A DNA stretch of 55,523 bases from a virus (taxonomy: Duplodnaviria > Caudoviricetes), in IMG/VR virus record IMGVR_UViG_3300037462_000746, positions 1-55,523 of that record. One strand, 5' to 3'. The notes beneath the pieces were generated by a model, which worked only from the letters and a program-made list of their open reading frames with translations, searched no databases and was not told the origin of the DNA. Shown here one piece after another: positions 46,101-55,523 of this stretch (position 1 is the stretch's first letter; every line of letters begins with the position of its first letter). The translations under genes were made by a program, and so were the position numbers.

Positions 46101-48556
46101 CGGTTATCATTTTCTTTCATCAAACTTAAGCTCTTCCCTAAATTCTTTAACATAACTTTAACCTTATCACTATGACTCAGTTTGCTTAACCCATAAACAG
46201 TATCTACCGCCTCATTCAATTTTCTTAAATTCTGCATCTTGATTATAAGTTTTTTTGCAGCTTGATTTGTTAAACCAATATCAATTCCTTTTACTCCAAG
46301 AATTGGCGAGATCTTAGCCAAAGCAATTTTCCAATCACCAGTAAATAAATCTGACGCTGCGCTTGCTAAGGCGCTTGCATATGTTAATCCTTCCCCATAA
46401 CTTTTCGTATGAAGAGCAGTTCCCGAAGTGTTTTCAAACTTGTGTACCTTATTCATATCGTCGATTACATTGGATATCGCTTCATATCGTTTCAAATCTT
46501 TACCATAAATATTATTCTTTACAATTTCATCCATGTTTTTAAAGTTTTTGTTCCATATGGACGGATTGAATTCGGCATTGTTAGCTTTGTTTGCACTGCC
46601 AAGCATTCGATTAACTTTGCCAACAAACCTATTGTAATCTTCTGGATTCATGTTTTGTGCAAAGAGATTCTTTTTACTTCCTCTTTTTTGAACATCGCCT
46701 ACTAATAGGTTAGCTAGCTTTAATGGATCTTCAATATTATTCATCATTGCATTGAAGTCTGGTCTTTCTTTTTGTGCAAACTCTGCATAATCAGCGTAGT
46801 TTCTACGCATCCGTTCTGCTGCTTTCTTATCTTTTAACGACATAGGTTGTATTATATTTTGATTAACATCTTCCTTTAAAGCACCGTAAAGTCCAGCCAT
46901 CTCGGCGCTATCCTTTTTCTTAAAGTATTTCCCAAATACGTTTTGCTCGCCTATGTCTCTCAGAATTGCTTCTGCATATGAAAAATCTATATTATTTTTT
47001 ATGTGTGGGTTATCGATTAACATTTGTTGTTTCAAAAATGGATTTTCCATTACCTTTCGAAGCACTGGATCAATGTCAACAGTAACACCATTTATTTTTA
47101 CAGTTTCCTTTTTTGGCTTGGAATCAATCTTTGCTTTTAACTCCTGAAGTTCTTTTACTTCTCGTGGTGATAACCCAGATTTAACAGCATTCTTTTCATA
47201 ATCTATTAATTTTTTGTTTAATGATGCACCTAACGTATCACCTGTAATCTGTTGTAATGTCTGTCCAAGTGGCGACGTTAAAAACATATTGATATGTCCT
47301 GGTTCATTTGATATACCTTTTAATACATCGTGCACGTATTGATTAACGTTATTCAATACAACTTTTCTATCAGTATATTTTTCAACATCTGCTTTATGTT
47401 CATTGAATCTCCTAGCAAAATCTTCTGAAATATTTTCTGCCTCTTTCATTATATGTGGTTGAGCTTCAATTGCAATTTCAGACCTGCTAAACGGTTGTTC
47501 ATAATCGGGATAGATAGCTTTAGAAACTTCTCTCTTTTGTTTATCTAATGCTTCTCGCACATTTTGTCCAAGGATTGAAGTTTCCATAACTTTTGTTCCA
47601 AGCTTTACAGGTACACTTTCAGTTACGTTAAAAGGGTATGCTGTTACCCCTATATCTTCATACATTTTATTTTTTTGATAGGCATCGCTTCTATAATTTT
47701 CTTTATTTTCTGCTTTAAATCTTCTTGCTTCAGGTGTTAAATGAAATATACTCCTTGGTAATCTTCCTCCAATGTTTGCACCAGCAAGACTTGCACCTAT
47801 ATCTGTAAATATATTTCTATTTTCATCTGGGATTGTTTTAGGTGCTACCACAGCTCCAACATTAGCACCCACATGAGCTGGGTTTTTAATATTTGTTCCT
47901 GCTTTAAAAAAGTTCCCAACACCTTCAATCCCTTTTCCGACATTTTCTATTGCTGCTTTCCCAGTCGTCCCTAAGACTTCTGCTCTTTTTCCTGCATCTC
48001 TAAAAGCCTTTCCTGCTGCTTTGATTCCTGTTCCTGCTCCTCGGTTTAATACCATATCTAAAATTGCTGCCGGAACTTCATTAACGTTTTCTGCAAACTC
48101 ATTCTTTTCTGGGTTTAAGCCTATCTTTTTACCTTGAGTTCTCAAATATTCTTTTGTTTGACCAGCCAAGTTTAAAAGTTCACGTGGGTTCTCTTCTGTG
48201 GGTTTTTCATAGTTAGGGTTAAGATAATCTTCACCGCGAAACACTTGTGCTTTATCTTCTCCAAGGCTTGGATTATACACCCTGCTTGAGAGGTCTATCA
48301 TTCCAGGAAATGTTGATGCAGAACTTATACCTATTTGAGCCAATCTATCAATAGGGTGAGCTGCTGTATCATATATATACTCACCCATCTTTTCAAAAAA
48401 CCCTCGATTATCTTGTTGTTGTTCATGCATCAATGAGTTTAAACGTTGGGTAACAATAGCCCTAGCCCTGTCTTCGCTCATATCGTATTTTTTCGCTAAC
48501 GAGATAGCGGCTTCTTCTATTTGTTTTGAATAATCCCGCTTGGGTTGTTTGTTCAT
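46097..48556 (-). CDS. Putative DNA ejection/internal virion protein
   Basis: 819 aa helical; C-terminal N.SGTA motif; last large gene of ejection block. Confidence 0.6.
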   Translation of the reverse strand: MNKQPKRDYSKQIEEAAISLAKKYDMSEDRARAIVTQRLNSLMHEQQQDNRGFFEKMGEYIYDTAAHPIDRLAQIGISSASTFPGMIDLSSRVYNPSLGEDKAQVFRGEDYLNPNYEKPTEENPRELLNLAGQTKEYLRTQGKKIGLNPEKNEFAENVNEVPAAILDMVLNRGAGTGIKAAGKAFRDAGKRAEVLGTTGKAAIENVGKGIEGVGNFFKAGTNIKNPAHVGANVGAVVAPKTIPDENRNIFTDIGASLAGANIGGRLPRSIFHLTPEARRFKAENKENYRSDAYQKNKMYEDIGVTAYPFNVTESVPVKLGTKVMETSILGQNVREALDKQKREVSKAIYPDYEQPFSRSEIAIEAQPHIMKEAENISEDFARRFNEHKADVEKYTDRKVVLNNVNQYVHDVLKGISNEPGHINMFLTSPLGQTLQQITGDTLGASLNKKLIDYEKNAVKSGLSPREVKELQELKAKIDSKPKKETVKINGVTVDIDPVLRKVMENPFLKQQMLIDNPHIKNNIDFSYAEAILRDIGEQNVFGKYFKKKDSAEMAGLYGALKEDVNQNIIQPMSLKDKKAAERMRRNYADYAEFAQKERPDFNAMMNNIEDPLKLANLLVGDVQKRGSKKNLFAQNMNPEDYNRFVGKVNRMLGSANKANNAEFNPSIWNKNFKNMDEIVKNNIYGKDLKRYEAISNVIDDMNKVHKFENTSGTALHTKSYGEGLTYASALASAASDLFTGDWKIALAKISPILGVKGIDIGLTNQAAKKLIIKMQNLRKLNEAVDTVYGLSKLSHSDKVKVMLKNLGKSLSLMKENDNR

Positions 48557-49806
48557 TTCCCCACTCCTAATATTTTAATTGCCAAGTCGTCTGCATCTTT
48601 ATACACATTATCTTCTTCTTCATTTGGTCTATTATTAACCAAGTTCTTTTGTTGCCCTGATGATTGTTTTTCAACCCCTTCATTATTTTGAGCTTGATTC
48701 TCTCTTTTCTCTGCATCGCGTAACTCCAACATTTCAGCATACGTTGGCATTTTTCCATGTTGTTGATAATAATTAAGCACATTATCGGGTGTCTTGAATA
48801 CCCTTGGGTTTTCCAAATATTTGTCAAATGTTCTTAAGCCAACATGTATTGGCACACCCTTTTCGACTTTTTCAAGCGCAAACTCGTCTCTTGCAACTTC
48901 TTTTGAATACTCTTGAATATTTTCAGATAAGATTTTGGTCATACCTTTATACCCCAAGCTTAAGTCTACTTTACCGTCTTTGACTAATCTTCTGAGCTGA
49001 TCTGAACCTTTTCCTGAATTGTTCTCACTGATATAATATACCAACTCATTAACATATTTATTCACGAGCTGCATGTCCTCGATTTTATTTTTTCCAACCA
49101 ATCCTATACTTAATGGGTCACCCTTCAAAAATTTTCCTTCAACGGGTCCCCATGTATCTAATCCTGTTAGAGCATCTTGAATTTGAATCATTTTGTTTAA
49201 TACTTTTCGTTTATAGTTATAATCCTTTGTTGTATCTTTGGTTTGTTCATGAACAAATTTTTGTTGTTCTAATCCCATTTTTGCACCTTCATGCGCATAT
49301 TTTGCTTGCTTGCCCAATATATCCATTTCTTTCAAGTCAAGCTCTCTATGTTTCATGCCCAGCTCTTCACGCTTTATGGCTCTGTTGTAATCATAGTCTT
49401 TTATGAATTGATATGTATTTGATATCGTCTGATCTATTTCTGCCTGTTGGCGCAAGTTTTCATTCTGTTCCATTCCATGAGCTTTAAGTCCTTGGTTTGC
49501 CCCCATCAGACCTCTTGCTAAAACAGCCATTGGACTTTCTCCAGCAGGTGTGTTCATCACGGCTTGAGCAGCACCGCCCAACATAGATTTGTTTGGGTTC
49601 ATGTTGCTATATTGTTTTTCAAGTTCAGCTTTTCTTTTTTGCATTCCTTCAATAGCTTGCATCTGCGGATAATTATTCGGCATAGTTTGTGGATTGAAAG
49701 GAGCTTGTTGAGGCATGGGTTGAGGCGTTGGGTGTGGAGTCCCCCCAGAAATTACCATTTGATTCTCTAACGCTTTATTTTTCAATGTATTAATCATGCT
49801 GCACAT
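48553..49806 (-). CDS. Putative ejection/internal virion protein
   Basis: Q/P-rich N-terminus, LARGL.GA, coiled coil. Confidence 0.55.
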   Translation of the reverse strand: MCSMINTLKNKALENQMVISGGTPHPTPQPMPQQAPFNPQTMPNNYPQMQAIEGMQKRKAELEKQYSNMNPNKSMLGGAAQAVMNTPAGESPMAVLARGLMGANQGLKAHGMEQNENLRQQAEIDQTISNTYQFIKDYDYNRAIKREELGMKHRELDLKEMDILGKQAKYAHEGAKMGLEQQKFVHEQTKDTTKDYNYKRKVLNKMIQIQDALTGLDTWGPVEGKFLKGDPLSIGLVGKNKIEDMQLVNKYVNELVYYISENNSGKGSDQLRRLVKDGKVDLSLGYKGMTKILSENIQEYSKEVARDEFALEKVEKGVPIHVGLRTFDKYLENPRVFKTPDNVLNYYQQHGKMPTYAEMLELRDAEKRENQAQNNEGVEKQSSGQQKNLVNNRPNEEEDNVYKDADDLAIKILGVGK

Positions 49807-49815
49807 TTATTTCTC

Positions 49816-52335
49816 CTATGTAGTGCCAGTATTGGACGTTGGTTGAACTGTATTAGCAGCCTGTCTGGCTCGTAAAGCCATTTCTGCTCTATGCGCTGCT
49901 TCGTTCCTACGATTTGCAGCCATGTTCATACCTAATTCACCTGCACCCAATACAACACCTGCAATATCTCTGAAGGTTGTGTCAGGATTTGGAGTGGGCG
50001 CTTGTGCCGGTGGCATTGCACCATATGGCGCATTCTCGCGCTCTAATGTTGCCGGTGCTGCCTGCGGTACTAAGCGAGGCATTGGGATGTTCCTACGCTC
50101 TTCTTGCTGCATTTGTGGTAATCCAAGGCTTGCTGCCCTTAACGTATCTAAATGCGAATTTAGTTCTGACCTTGGATGGTTTTGTCTTCGCATAAATTCC
50201 GCACTTTGTCGCGCACGATTTTGTTCTCCCAAATTATGCCTTAAAGTTCCAGCTGCGATTGCATCGCTTGCAGCTTGTCGCTGTCGGTTACGCATTCTTT
50301 CTTCTTGTAATTGGCTTTCGCGCCATTGTTCCAATGCTCTTTGTGCATCACGTTGATATTGTCCTTCTGAAAATTGAGCTCTCCCGCTTCGTTGTTGTTC
50401 ATCCAAAGCCCTTAAACGCAATTCTGTTGCATGATCTAAAACATTTTGATCGCGCATGACATCCCCAAATTCGCGTGCAGCCATATGTTCAAACATAGAA
50501 TTACGTCCCATACGGTTTGCAGAAAACTGACGCCCTAAATCTTCAATTGATCTGTTAAACCTTCTTAAAGCTCTTTGCCTTGAATCTTCTAGGATAGAAT
50601 CGCGCAAACTTTCAAAACCATGCCGTCCCCTGTTAGGATTCATGTACGCTTCTGCTGCACGTTGTTGTCGAGTGTTGCGCTCTGGATATTCAAAGTTATT
50701 TGAAGCAGGAGAGGCTTGTCGTTGGTTTTGAAAATCTTGTTCAATTGCTCCAACCCCACTTGAAATAAGAGGGTCAGAAGGAATAGGATTAGCTTCAAAA
50801 GGATTTTCTTCAAAAGGTCGATTTGTTAGTTGCCTTGATCTTTCTTGAACTGAAGCTAATTGAATACGCTCAGGGTCTACCACTTCATGTGTTCTTGTAT
50901 CAATTACTGTTCCATCAGGGTTCGTGACATATTGAGGTGTATCGCGCTCTCTTCGTTGATTCAACGCATTTGTATATTGTTCTTTTGCAATCTTTAAAGC
51001 TCTTTCTCCCTTACCTGCTGTTTCTTCATCTCCAATGCTCCTTGCGTCTTTTATTATGTTTTCAAGTTTTGAAACTATCTTGTTATAGCCTTCGCTGTTC
51101 TGGATTTGAATAGTTCTATTTTGTATGCCAGTATCTTCAGGAAAATTAAGTGTAAAAGGAAAACTTGGTTCGGTAATGCCATAGAAGTTTTCACGATTGC
51201 GAACGGTCTGATTTTGTTGAACAGTTGTTGGTAATGTTGATTGTGGTAAATTACCTGCTTGAGCTTGAGCTTGAGCTTGAGCTTGAGCTTGATTAGGTAT
51301 GTTAGATGTTTGAGCTTCTCTTTGCCTTAAAGCATTTGTGTATTGAGTTCTAATTTCATCTATATTAGTTTGTAATTTTCTGACACTTTGCTCATCACCA
51401 TTTTCTTGAGCCTCTTCTAGTCTTGAATTAAGGATTCTGATTAACCCATCATATTCATTTTGTTCTCTTATAGTTGATGTTGCTGGTCTGTTGTCAACAC
51501 CAGTATACGTTATATTTAAAGGAAAATTAGGTGTAATATTAGCACTAGGGTTTACACTTTGTCTTTCCTCGTTTCTTTGATTTGGTTGCACTTGAGGTGA
51601 TGCGATTGCTTGAGGAGGTGCAGAAATATTTGTAGGAGCTGTTAAAGCACTTTTTAATGCTTCTTGGTTTTTGCGCCTTAATAAATCATATTCATATTCA
51701 TTTTTTACACCAGCTTTTCTATACCTCTCTTGATCTTTTTCTTCATACTCTTTGCTTATTTTTTCACGTTCTTCATTTCTCCTTTTGTCATATTCACCTA
51801 GCAATTCTTCAGCTGTTAAGTTGTTTTGCCATTCATCACCTATTGCTAAGTGACCCTTTTCATATATCTTTTCTCTTTCATTTCTAAGGTATGCAATATC
51901 TTGTTTTATGGCTTGTGCGATTTGTTCTTTTGTTCTGTTTCTTTTGTCATTTCGAAACAGATAATCTAAAATTCTTGAAAACTCTTCGGGTCTTTCAAAA
52001 TCTTTTAATTCTCTCCAATTTTTAAACACATATTTGTATCCGGATGGACTGTCAAATTCTAAAGGAAACTGAGCTAGTTCTTGAGGTCTTTCTTTATAAA
52101 TAATTTCCCTTTTTGGTAACTCTTCAGCAAATTTTTTCATCCACTGATAATCTTCTGCGGCTTCTTCTTTAGTTTTTGTAGGATCGTTGTTATATTCTAA
52201 ATAATCATTTCTCGCTTTTTCTGCCCAATATTTTGCATCTTCTATTTTTTTAATGTATCTATTTTCACCACTTGGTAATGATATCCATCTAGGAAGTTCA
52301 AAAATTCTCTTTGATTTATCACCTCTAAATCCCAT
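49816..52335 (-). CDS. Putative ejection/internal virion protein with internal repeats
   Basis: 839 aa Q/R/E-rich; duplicated FP...GDE...QYTNAL.QR modules; (QA)n tract. Confidence 0.55.
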   Translation of the reverse strand: MGFRGDKSKRIFELPRWISLPSGENRYIKKIEDAKYWAEKARNDYLEYNNDPTKTKEEAAEDYQWMKKFAEELPKREIIYKERPQELAQFPLEFDSPSGYKYVFKNWRELKDFERPEEFSRILDYLFRNDKRNRTKEQIAQAIKQDIAYLRNEREKIYEKGHLAIGDEWQNNLTAEELLGEYDKRRNEEREKISKEYEEKDQERYRKAGVKNEYEYDLLRRKNQEALKSALTAPTNISAPPQAIASPQVQPNQRNEERQSVNPSANITPNFPLNITYTGVDNRPATSTIREQNEYDGLIRILNSRLEEAQENGDEQSVRKLQTNIDEIRTQYTNALRQREAQTSNIPNQAQAQAQAQAQAGNLPQSTLPTTVQQNQTVRNRENFYGITEPSFPFTLNFPEDTGIQNRTIQIQNSEGYNKIVSKLENIIKDARSIGDEETAGKGERALKIAKEQYTNALNQRRERDTPQYVTNPDGTVIDTRTHEVVDPERIQLASVQERSRQLTNRPFEENPFEANPIPSDPLISSGVGAIEQDFQNQRQASPASNNFEYPERNTRQQRAAEAYMNPNRGRHGFESLRDSILEDSRQRALRRFNRSIEDLGRQFSANRMGRNSMFEHMAAREFGDVMRDQNVLDHATELRLRALDEQQRSGRAQFSEGQYQRDAQRALEQWRESQLQEERMRNRQRQAASDAIAAGTLRHNLGEQNRARQSAEFMRRQNHPRSELNSHLDTLRAASLGLPQMQQEERRNIPMPRLVPQAAPATLERENAPYGAMPPAQAPTPNPDTTFRDIAGVVLGAGELGMNMAANRRNEAAHRAEMALRARQAANTVQPTSNTGTT

Positions 52336-52336
52336 T

Positions 52337-53410
52337 TTAAATTCCTCCCCTTGAAGCCATTAAGTTTTGCAAAAAATCCATATTCAACTTTGGATGGTAT
52401 GCTGAATTAAACTTAGATAATGTTTCATTTCTACGATTAAAGTAATCGTTTTCGTTGGCTATTTCTTGTTGGCGATGCGCTTCTAAATCTTTTTCGTATT
52501 GTGCTAACCGTTTGTTTTCAGACTCTCTATGTTGTGACGCTTCAACGTTGTATTTATTGATACGTTCCATGTCTCTTTGACGTGCGCCCATCATAAATTT
52601 GTTATAGTCGGTGAGATCGTTCTTTCCTGAATCAGGCACTTTAGATCCTCCAAGTGATTTCAATAAACCTCCACCTGCTAATGCACCTGTGACTAATGGA
52701 TTTCCTAAGGATTCAAATAAAGAACTTGCAGCTCCACCTAATCCCTTACCTCCTTTCAATGCATCCATTGCACCTCCACCAGCATATCCAAGTCCACCGG
52801 ACATCAAACTATTACCGAGAATATCAAGCCACCCTTTCTTTTCGTTTTCAGGAGCGCTCGCATTATGCATAACCCCTGCGCCAGCTGATCCTAAACCTGC
52901 TCCTATTGCGCCTCCAATTCCTGGAGCAATAAAATTTCCGATAACCCCTCCTAAAAATGGAAGCACAACATCAAAAAACCAAAATTCAGGTAATCCAGTT
53001 TCTTCATTAATTCGATCTTCAACAGGAACTTCATCTGGATATAAATCCCAAAAGAATTCAAGCATTTCGGCAGGCATAAACGCTACCTCAGTATCTCCAC
53101 CCTCACCCATTGAAGCTAATTCCTTTTCTACAGGTAATTTAGGTTCAGGAACTGGTAAATTTTGTTTAGGTCCAAGTTTATGATCTAAAAGTTGATCCAT
53201 TTCTTGAGCCAAACCTTGAGCAGTTTCTGGTGGTAATTCCATTAACTCTTTAATAGCTTTTTCGGTTTGATCTTTAATTTCAGGATTAGACTGAATTATT
53301 TCCCAAAGCTTACCAAAATAAGGTGCGCCATATTTTTCTGTATCCGCTCCACCTTGCAATCGCTCCATTGCTTGGATTTCTTCTTTTTTAAAGTGTGCGA
53401 CCACATCCAT
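52337..53410 (-). CDS. Putative ejection/pilot protein with glycine zipper
   Basis: GGDTE...INEETGLPEF motif followed by G/A-rich hydrophobic helices. Confidence 0.6.
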   Translation of the reverse strand: MDVVAHFKKEEIQAMERLQGGADTEKYGAPYFGKLWEIIQSNPEIKDQTEKAIKELMELPPETAQGLAQEMDQLLDHKLGPKQNLPVPEPKLPVEKELASMGEGGDTEVAFMPAEMLEFFWDLYPDEVPVEDRINEETGLPEFWFFDVVLPFLGGVIGNFIAPGIGGAIGAGLGSAGAGVMHNASAPENEKKGWLDILGNSLMSGGLGYAGGGAMDALKGGKGLGGAASSLFESLGNPLVTGALAGGGLLKSLGGSKVPDSGKNDLTDYNKFMMGARQRDMERINKYNVEASQHRESENKRLAQYEKDLEAHRQQEIANENDYFNRRNETLSKFNSAYHPKLNMDFLQNLMASRGGI

Positions 53411-53419
53411 TTGATTCTC

Positions 53420-54757
53420 CTATAATGCTGCTATTAAAGGTAGCGCGGCTTCTGCTTCAGGTAACGCGGCTTCTGCTTCAGGTAATATAGAATCAAGAAG
53501 ACTTGATATGCCTGAGCTTGCATAATTTTGAGCACCCATCATATTTTCAGGGCTAATGTCGGATACTCCTTGCTTTAATGCATCAAGCGGGCTTGCACCC
53601 CCCATGTAGTTTCCACCTGCATTTAAAAGTCCTTCTCCTCCTGCCCTTAGCATTGGGTTAGAAATGTTTGGAAGGTTTTGTCTTGCAGTTCCCATTATAG
53701 AATTAATCGCAGAACTTCCCATGCCTTCAGCTGTTGGATTTACCCCTGCACTTAAATTGGAAGCGGCAGTGTTTCCTAGGCTATTGGTAAGATTACCCGC
53801 AAATTGCCCTGCTACATTTCCCATTCCAGGTTTAATGCGATCTGCTAATCCAGAAACTTTATTTTGAACAGTATCTGCAATTGAAGGCATTTGCTTTTGG
53901 AGTAAGTTTCCTGCGCCTTGTTTCAAAATATCAAGGTAGGAATTTTGTGGCTGTTGTTGCCCCATTCCAGCGCCTCCTTCAGCTCCTTGTTGTTGCGATT
54001 GATTTGCATTTTGCCCATAGGTAGACAAAAGATTGCTTGCGGTTTGTCCAAACGTATTACCAATGTTTTGGCTTGTTTCTGGTGATAATCCTGCCTTTTG
54101 ACCCAGCCTTGAGACCCCTTGAGATAATAAGGGTGAGGCAAATTGACCAATAGCAGGTGCTGCTGATTGAAATGCACTACCAATTCCATTCATTACAGGC
54201 GATAATGCTTGTCCGACTGAATTAACCGCACTTCCAATTCCATTCATTACGGGAGATAAGGCTTGTCCAACAGAATTAACTGCTCCACCGATTCCATTAA
54301 TGACAGGACTCAAAAAGTTGGTTAAAGGTGAAAACGCTTTTCCAAGTGAACCTAAAAAGTTTCCTAAAAAATATTCGCGCTTACCTGTATGAGGGTTTCC
54401 TGGTTGTTTTCCTCCGTACAAAAGGTTATCAAATACATCGGCTACATGACGCGGGAGAATGACTGCCTCTGTGTCTCCATATCGCCCTGAGCGTCGTATG
54501 GCTTGTTCCAAACCATTTTGAGAATTTGTATTCTTAGCCAGATAATCACGTTTAAAATTTTCAAGATAAGGTACAAATCGTTTATGCCCCATGACTTCTC
54601 CTAGGGGTAAAAACGACGGATAACCAGTACTTGGATCTTTGAGCATTCCGCCTTGAATTTTTGAAAGCTGTTCAATTTCAGGGCGCGACATATGCGCAAT
54701 TATATAGGCTTCTGTATCTTGTAATTGAGGAGGTAGTTGGTGTTCGATATTGTGCAT
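53420..54757 (-). CDS. Putative ejection/pilot protein, G/S/A/N-rich with tandem repeats
   Basis: GRYGDTE...NPHTGKREYF motif; 18-aa repeats ALSPVMNGIGSAVNSVGQ; LPEAEAA x2. Confidence 0.6.
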   Translation of the reverse strand: MHNIEHQLPPQLQDTEAYIIAHMSRPEIEQLSKIQGGMLKDPSTGYPSFLPLGEVMGHKRFVPYLENFKRDYLAKNTNSQNGLEQAIRRSGRYGDTEAVILPRHVADVFDNLLYGGKQPGNPHTGKREYFLGNFLGSLGKAFSPLTNFLSPVINGIGGAVNSVGQALSPVMNGIGSAVNSVGQALSPVMNGIGSAFQSAAPAIGQFASPLLSQGVSRLGQKAGLSPETSQNIGNTFGQTASNLLSTYGQNANQSQQQGAEGGAGMGQQQPQNSYLDILKQGAGNLLQKQMPSIADTVQNKVSGLADRIKPGMGNVAGQFAGNLTNSLGNTAASNLSAGVNPTAEGMGSSAINSIMGTARQNLPNISNPMLRAGGEGLLNAGGNYMGGASPLDALKQGVSDISPENMMGAQNYASSGISSLLDSILPEAEAALPEAEAALPLIAAL

Positions 54758-54959
54758 TTGAAAACCTTTTTTATTATTATTTTATGAATATTTTATCATT
54801 TTTTAACACCCTATTGCATTGTTTTATTTGGTTTATTTCTTGGAATTTACTCTTCAAAACGTTTCAATTAATGTAACCTTTTGTTCATCAATTTAGAGTG
54901 GTGTATTTCATTCAAATCAGGTTATACTTTTAGAAAATTATCATTGAAAGGAGTCTTAA

Positions 54960-55523
54960 ATGAAGGATTTTACTAAGAGTTCTAAGCTTTTGAAATATGT
55001 CCTGAGAAATAAGCTTAATATTTCTCTAGGTATTTTATTTATTGTAGCAGGTTATAGTCTGATGGATATAATGCGTGTAACAACAAAGATTCACAAAGTT
55101 GAAACTGCTAAGTTTGAAGAAGCCATTGCATATGTTTTGAAAAACGAAGGGGGTCTTTCAGATCATCCTGCTGATCGTGGAGGCTTAACAAAGTATGGGA
55201 TTTCAAAGGCATCTTACCCATATTTAGACATACGTAAACTTACTCGCGAAGATGCTATTAAAATCTATCGTAAAGACTTCTATGATCGTTTCAAATTAAA
55301 CCGCATTAAAAATCAAAACACACTTAATTTAATATTCGATATGGCAGTCCTTATGGGTAAATCAAGGGCAACTTTGATCTTTGAAAGCACCCTTAACAAA
55401 CTAGGTTATATAATTCCTAAAGATGGAATATTAGATGATCAGTTGATTGCTATCATTAATGATTACAACGAGGGTGTGCTTTTATCAAAATACCGCGAAG
55501 AATTAAAGCGGTTTATTGATCGT
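54960..55523 (+). CDS. Endolysin, glycoside hydrolase family 108 with N-terminal hydrophobic anchor (5' part; continues through the junction to 218; about 209 aa)
   Basis: ATG at 54960 after GAAAGGAG; translation contains EGGLSDHPADRGGLTKYGI (GH108 motif) and TM-like ISLGILFIVAGYSLM; in frame with ORF 3..218. Confidence 0.9.
   Translation, partial: MKDFTKSSKLLKYVLRNKLNISLGILFIVAGYSLMDIMRVTTKIHKVETAKFEEAIAYVLKNEGGLSDHPADRGGLTKYGISKASYPYLDIRKLTREDAIKIYRKDFYDRFKLNRIKNQNTLNLIFDMAVLMGKSRATLIFESTLNKLGYIIPKDGILDDQLIAIINDYNEGVLLSKYREELKRFIDR
55372..55523. repeat. Terminal direct repeat / circular assembly overlap (copy 2)
   Basis: Matches 1-152 with one mismatch; implies a unit genome of 55,371 bp. 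Confidence 0.95.

Noticed and set aside
51258-51291. (GCTTGA)n microsatellite as a phase-variation switch
   Set aside because: Hexamer unit preserves frame; it only encodes a QA linker
49922-53867. Plus-strand ORFs such as 49922-50356, 52611-53183 and 53664-53867 (and similar antisense ORFs elsewhere)
   Set aside because: Shadow frames of long well-supported minus-strand genes, with no RBS or domain signal
1-55523. Stop-codon reassignment or tRNA genes
   Set aside because: Hallmark genes are intact and densely packed under the standard code; no cloverleaf/TTCGA arm context recognised by eye

Overview
Apparently complete, circularly closed AT-rich tailed-phage genome of about 55.37 kb. Positions 1-152 repeat at 55372-55523 with one mismatch, and a GH108 endolysin reads through the junction. 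The virion gene set is podovirus-like: large terminase, P22-type portal, scaffold, Mu gpT-like major capsid protein, head-tail/tail-hub proteins, S74-chaperone tail fibre and a five-gene ejection-protein block. The phage also encodes a double-HTH replication initiator, an SSB-like protein, and both GroEL and a GroES-like protein. I recognise no integrase, DNA polymerase, tRNA or CRISPR array. The most striking feature is a divergent phage-encoded Hfq (19509-19880) together with about 14-15 compact non-coding transcription units in six or seven intergenic clusters. Each unit has a sigma70-like promoter, a hairpin starting at the predicted +1, an AU-rich linker and an intrinsic terminator with a U-tail, and several expose sequences complementary to Shine-Dalgarno+AUG regions. 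This looks like a self-contained phage Hfq-sRNA silencing system. There are also several tandem paralog arrays, one of them with a repeated translation leader that one of the candidate sRNAs could pair with. Protein assignments rest on motifs recognised by eye, and no database searches were run. The host guess (an AT-rich alphaproteobacterium, possibly Rickettsiales/Holosporales-like) is inference only.
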